Below are positions 61,442 through 64,000 of a DNA stretch of 64,000 nt, piece by piece. Made by a program: the position numbers and the translations under genes. This DNA is from Candidatus Eiseniibacteriota bacterium (GTDB lineage Bacteria; Eisenbacteria; RBG-16-71-46), in NCBI GenBank assembly GCA_963725865.1, contig CAVSAC010000014.1:908378-972377 (forward strand), in the 5' to 3' direction. The notes under the pieces are model-generated. The model was not told where the DNA came from. It saw nothing but the letters and a program-made list of their open reading frames with translations, and made no database searches. Numbering within the stretch: position 1 is the first letter of the stretch; each line of letters opens with the position of its first letter.

Positions 61442-63916
61442 ATGTCGCATCGACTCTTCGCTCGCCGTCCCGCGCTCCGCGCCCCGCGGAACGCCTCCCG
61501 GCCCCATCGCCCCGCGTCGCGCGCGTGGCGGACGGCCACGCTCCTCGCCACGCTCCTCCTGCCGTCCGCCGCGGCGGCCGAGACGGTCGAGTCCCAGCTC
61601 TGGGTCACGAACGGCCGGGTGAACACGAGCACGACTCTCGGCGGCACGCTGTACGTCGGCGGGCAATTCACGGTGGTCGGCCCCCAGACCGGCTCCGGCG
61701 TCGCGCTCGATGCCGCGACCGGCGCGTTGCTTCCGGGCACGCCGCCGGCGAACGGCGCCGTCAGCGCCGTGATCCCCGATGGCGCAGGCGGCTGGTTCAT
61801 CGGCGGCCAGTTCGACTCGGTGGGCAACCTCCCGCGCGCGGGTCTGGCGCACATCCGCGCCGATCTGTCCGTCGATCCCACGTGGAATCCCGGCGCCAAC
61901 GGCGCGGTCGCCGCGCTCGCGCTCGGGAACGGCGTGCTGTACGCCGGGGGCACGTTCACGACCGTCGGGGGAGCGTCGCACGTGGGCCTCGCCGCGATCC
62001 TCGCGGCCACCGGCAACCTCAAGCCGGGCTGGACCGGGACCGCCAACAGCAACGTGAACTGCCTGGCGTACTCCAACGGCATCGTCTACGTCGGCGGGCT
62101 CTTCAACTTCGCCGGCGGCCAGGCCCGCAGCTACGTCGCCGCGCTGGACAGCGCGACCGGAGCCGCCACGCCGTGGAATCCCGGCCCCAACAACCAGGTG
62201 CTGACGATCGTCGTGAAGGACTCCACGGTCTACCTGGGGGGCACGTTCACGAGTGTGGGGGCAACCACCCGCAATCGCGCCGCGGCGCTGCAGGCCACGA
62301 CCGCCGCCTTGCTCGCGTGGGACCCGGCGGCGACCGGATCGGTCAACGCGCTGCTCCTGGATGGAGCCGTGATCTACGCGGGCGGAGGCTTCTTCACCAT
62401 CGGCGGGCAGCTGCGCAGTCAGCTCGCGGCGCTCGACGCCACCACCGGACTCGCGACGCCGTGGATTGCCTCCGCCAGTCCCAACGGAGGCGTGGCCGCG
62501 CTGGCGACGGCCGGGGACACGCTCTATGTCGGCGGATCGTTCACGTCCTTCGGCACCACATCGCGCTTCTACCTCGCCGCGCTGAGCAAGCCCTCGGGCG
62601 CGATCGCGGCGTGGAACCCGGTGGCCGGCGCGTCCGTGAGCGCGCTGGCCGCCGCGGGCGGTACGGTGTTCGCCGGCGGCTCCTTCGTGTGCGCGGGCGG
62701 GGCGGCGCGCGGCAACCTGGCGGCGTTCGACCTCGCCACCGGCCGCGCCACCGCGTGGAATCCCGGAACGAACAGCAGCGTCAACGCCCTGGTCGCGATC
62801 AGCGGCACCATGTACGCGGGAGGGACGTTCCTCTCGGTGGGCAAGCCGAGCACGACGCGGCAGTACCTCGCTGCGTTCGACACCGCGACCGGCGCCGTGC
62901 TGCCCTGGAATCCCAACGGGGGGGGCACCGTGAACGCGCTCGTCACCGATGGAACCACTCTGTGGGCGGGCGGCAACTTCCTCAGCATCGGCGGCACCCT
63001 GCGCAACCGGCTGGCCGCGATCGACGTCGCGACCGGCGCGCTCCAATCCTGGAACCCCAACGTCAGTGGCGTCGTGAACGCGCTCGCCTACGCGAACGGC
63101 GTGATCTACGTGGGCGGAAACTTCGCGACCATCGGAGGCCTCGCGCGCCCGTGGATGGGCGCAGTCGACGCGGTCACGGCGGTACCGACCGCGTTCCTTC
63201 CCGCGCCGAACTCCGTCGTCCAGACCATCCTCCCGTCCGGGACGACGCTGTACGTCGGTGGATCGTTCACCTCGATCGGCGGCCAGCCACGGACCTACCT
63301 GGCCCAACTCGACGCGACGTCTGGCACCGCCAACGGTTGGACCACGACGCTCGACAATGGCGTGAACGCGCTGGCGCTCGCGGGCGCGACGCTGTACGTC
63401 GGCGGCGGATTCACCACGATCGGCGGGGTCGCGCGCAGCCGCCTCGCCTCGGTCGACGCGAACACGGCGATCACGTCGTCGTGGAACCCCAACGTCGCCG
63501 GACTGAGCGTGGTCACGGTAGCCGTCGGGTCGGGCCGCGTGATCGCCGGAGGCGACTTCTTCACCGTCAGCGCAGTTGCGCGCCGGAACCTCGCGAGCGT
63601 GCTTGATCCCGCGCTGCTCGCCGCGGTGCCCGTGCCGCGCGGCGCGGCGGTCGGACTGCAGCTCGAAGCCCCCGCTCCGAATCCGGCGCACGAACGCGGC
63701 GCGCTGCGCTTCACGACGGCGCGCGAGGGCCGCGTTCAGCTGGGGATCCTGGATGCCGCGGGACGGCGCGTGCGCACGCTGATCGACGGCACGCTGCTGG
63801 GATCCGGGCGCCACGTCGTGCCCTTTGCGCGCGGAGGCCTGCCGCCGGGCGTCTATCTGGTCGACCTGCGCCAGGGCGCGGCGCGCGCCACCCAGCGGCT
63901 GGTGTTCGTCGACTGA
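61442..63916 (+). CDS. Secreted protein with about 15 tandem 47-aa beta-propeller-type repeats and a C-terminal T9SS type-A / FlgD-Ig-like sorting domain
   Basis: It has a signal peptide TLLATLLLPSAAAAE. The repeat consensus is G.V.ALA..G.TLYVGG.FT.VGG..R..LAA.D..TGA...WNP. The C-terminus reads PAPNPAHERGALRFTTAREGRVQLGILDAAGRRVRTL...GVYLVDLRQG...QRLVFVD. Confidence 0.7.
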   Translation: MSHRLFARRPALRAPRNASRPHRPASRAWRTATLLATLLLPSAAAAETVESQLWVTNGRVNTSTTLGGTLYVGGQFTVVGPQTGSGVALDAATGALLPGTPPANGAVSAVIPDGAGGWFIGGQFDSVGNLPRAGLAHIRADLSVDPTWNPGANGAVAALALGNGVLYAGGTFTTVGGASHVGLAAILAATGNLKPGWTGTANSNVNCLAYSNGIVYVGGLFNFAGGQARSYVAALDSATGAATPWNPGPNNQVLTIVVKDSTVYLGGTFTSVGATTRNRAAALQATTAALLAWDPAATGSVNALLLDGAVIYAGGGFFTIGGQLRSQLAALDATTGLATPWIASASPNGGVAALATAGDTLYVGGSFTSFGTTSRFYLAALSKPSGAIAAWNPVAGASVSALAAAGGTVFAGGSFVCAGGAARGNLAAFDLATGRATAWNPGTNSSVNALVAISGTMYAGGTFLSVGKPSTTRQYLAAFDTATGAVLPWNPNGGGTVNALVTDGTTLWAGGNFLSIGGTLRNRLAAIDVATGALQSWNPNVSGVVNALAYANGVIYVGGNFATIGGLARPWMGAVDAVTAVPTAFLPAPNSVVQTILPSGTTLYVGGSFTSIGGQPRTYLAQLDATSGTANGWTTTLDNGVNALALAGATLYVGGGFTTIGGVARSRLASVDANTAITSSWNPNVAGLSVVTVAVGSGRVIAGGDFFTVSAVARRNLASVLDPALLAAVPVPRGAAVGLQLEAPAPNPAHERGALRFTTAREGRVQLGILDAAGRRVRTLIDGTLLGSGRHVVPFARGGLPPGVYLVDLRQGAARATQRLVFVD

Positions 63917-63970
63917 GTCCGCACGACCGCCGCGTGGCGACGCGCAGTGGGAGCGAGGCCCGCACATGCG

Positions 63971-64000
63971 ACGGCCCCGGGCGGCAGCCTCGGGGCCGTC
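63971..64000 (+). terminator. GC hairpin after the repeat-propeller gene, at the window edge
   Basis: gacggccccg ... cggggccgtc, a 10-bp inverted repeat with a 10-nt loop. Confidence 0.35.

Overview
This is a very GC-rich (about 70%) bacterial chromosomal window. The six-frame track is full of long low-complexity, Arg/Ala/Gly-rich ORFs that I interpret as antisense or alternate-frame artefacts of real genes (examples are under noticed_but_rejected). I chose the real reading frame by recognisable family motifs, signal peptides, amino-acid diversity, ribosome-binding sites and 4-nt ATGA stop-start overlaps.

The window contains the chromosomal replication-origin neighbourhood. The order is an AT-richer DnaA-box region, dnaA, dnaN, a DUF721/DciA-like small gene, gyrB, a small secreted-protein gene, gyrA. 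There is no recF. groES-groEL lies further downstream.

The left half holds a large contiguous phosphate-starvation (Pho) cluster on the minus strand. Reading in the direction of transcription it is phoB-phoR, a rho-independent terminator, a large secreted protein with a T9SS/FlgD-Ig-like C-terminal sorting domain, a TonB-dependent receptor, a small secreted protein, a phosphate-selective porin, two tandem pstS genes, pstC, pstA, pstB and phoU.

Three unrelated large secreted proteins share the same roughly 85-aa C-terminal sorting-type domain: a Kelch beta-propeller protein, the protein in the Pho cluster, and a 47-aa-repeat beta-propeller protein. Together with TSP3-OmpA and other features this suggests a Gemmatimonadota-like organism. 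That placement is an inference.

Other items of note. An MFS transporter gene carries a one-nucleotide frameshift next to thiL. An NtrC-family AAA+ regulator lacks the GAFTGA sigma-54 contact motif and has a degenerate receiver domain. Its neighbouring membrane protein carries a perfect 18-bp by 4 tandem repeat. A direct repeat sits upstream of groES in place of any CIRCE element. There is a secreted TPR plus retropepsin-like aspartic protease.

I saw no rRNA or tRNA genes, no CRISPR array and no transposase or integrase. All coordinates and translations were read directly from the sequence. All family assignments rest on motif recognition and are not database hits.
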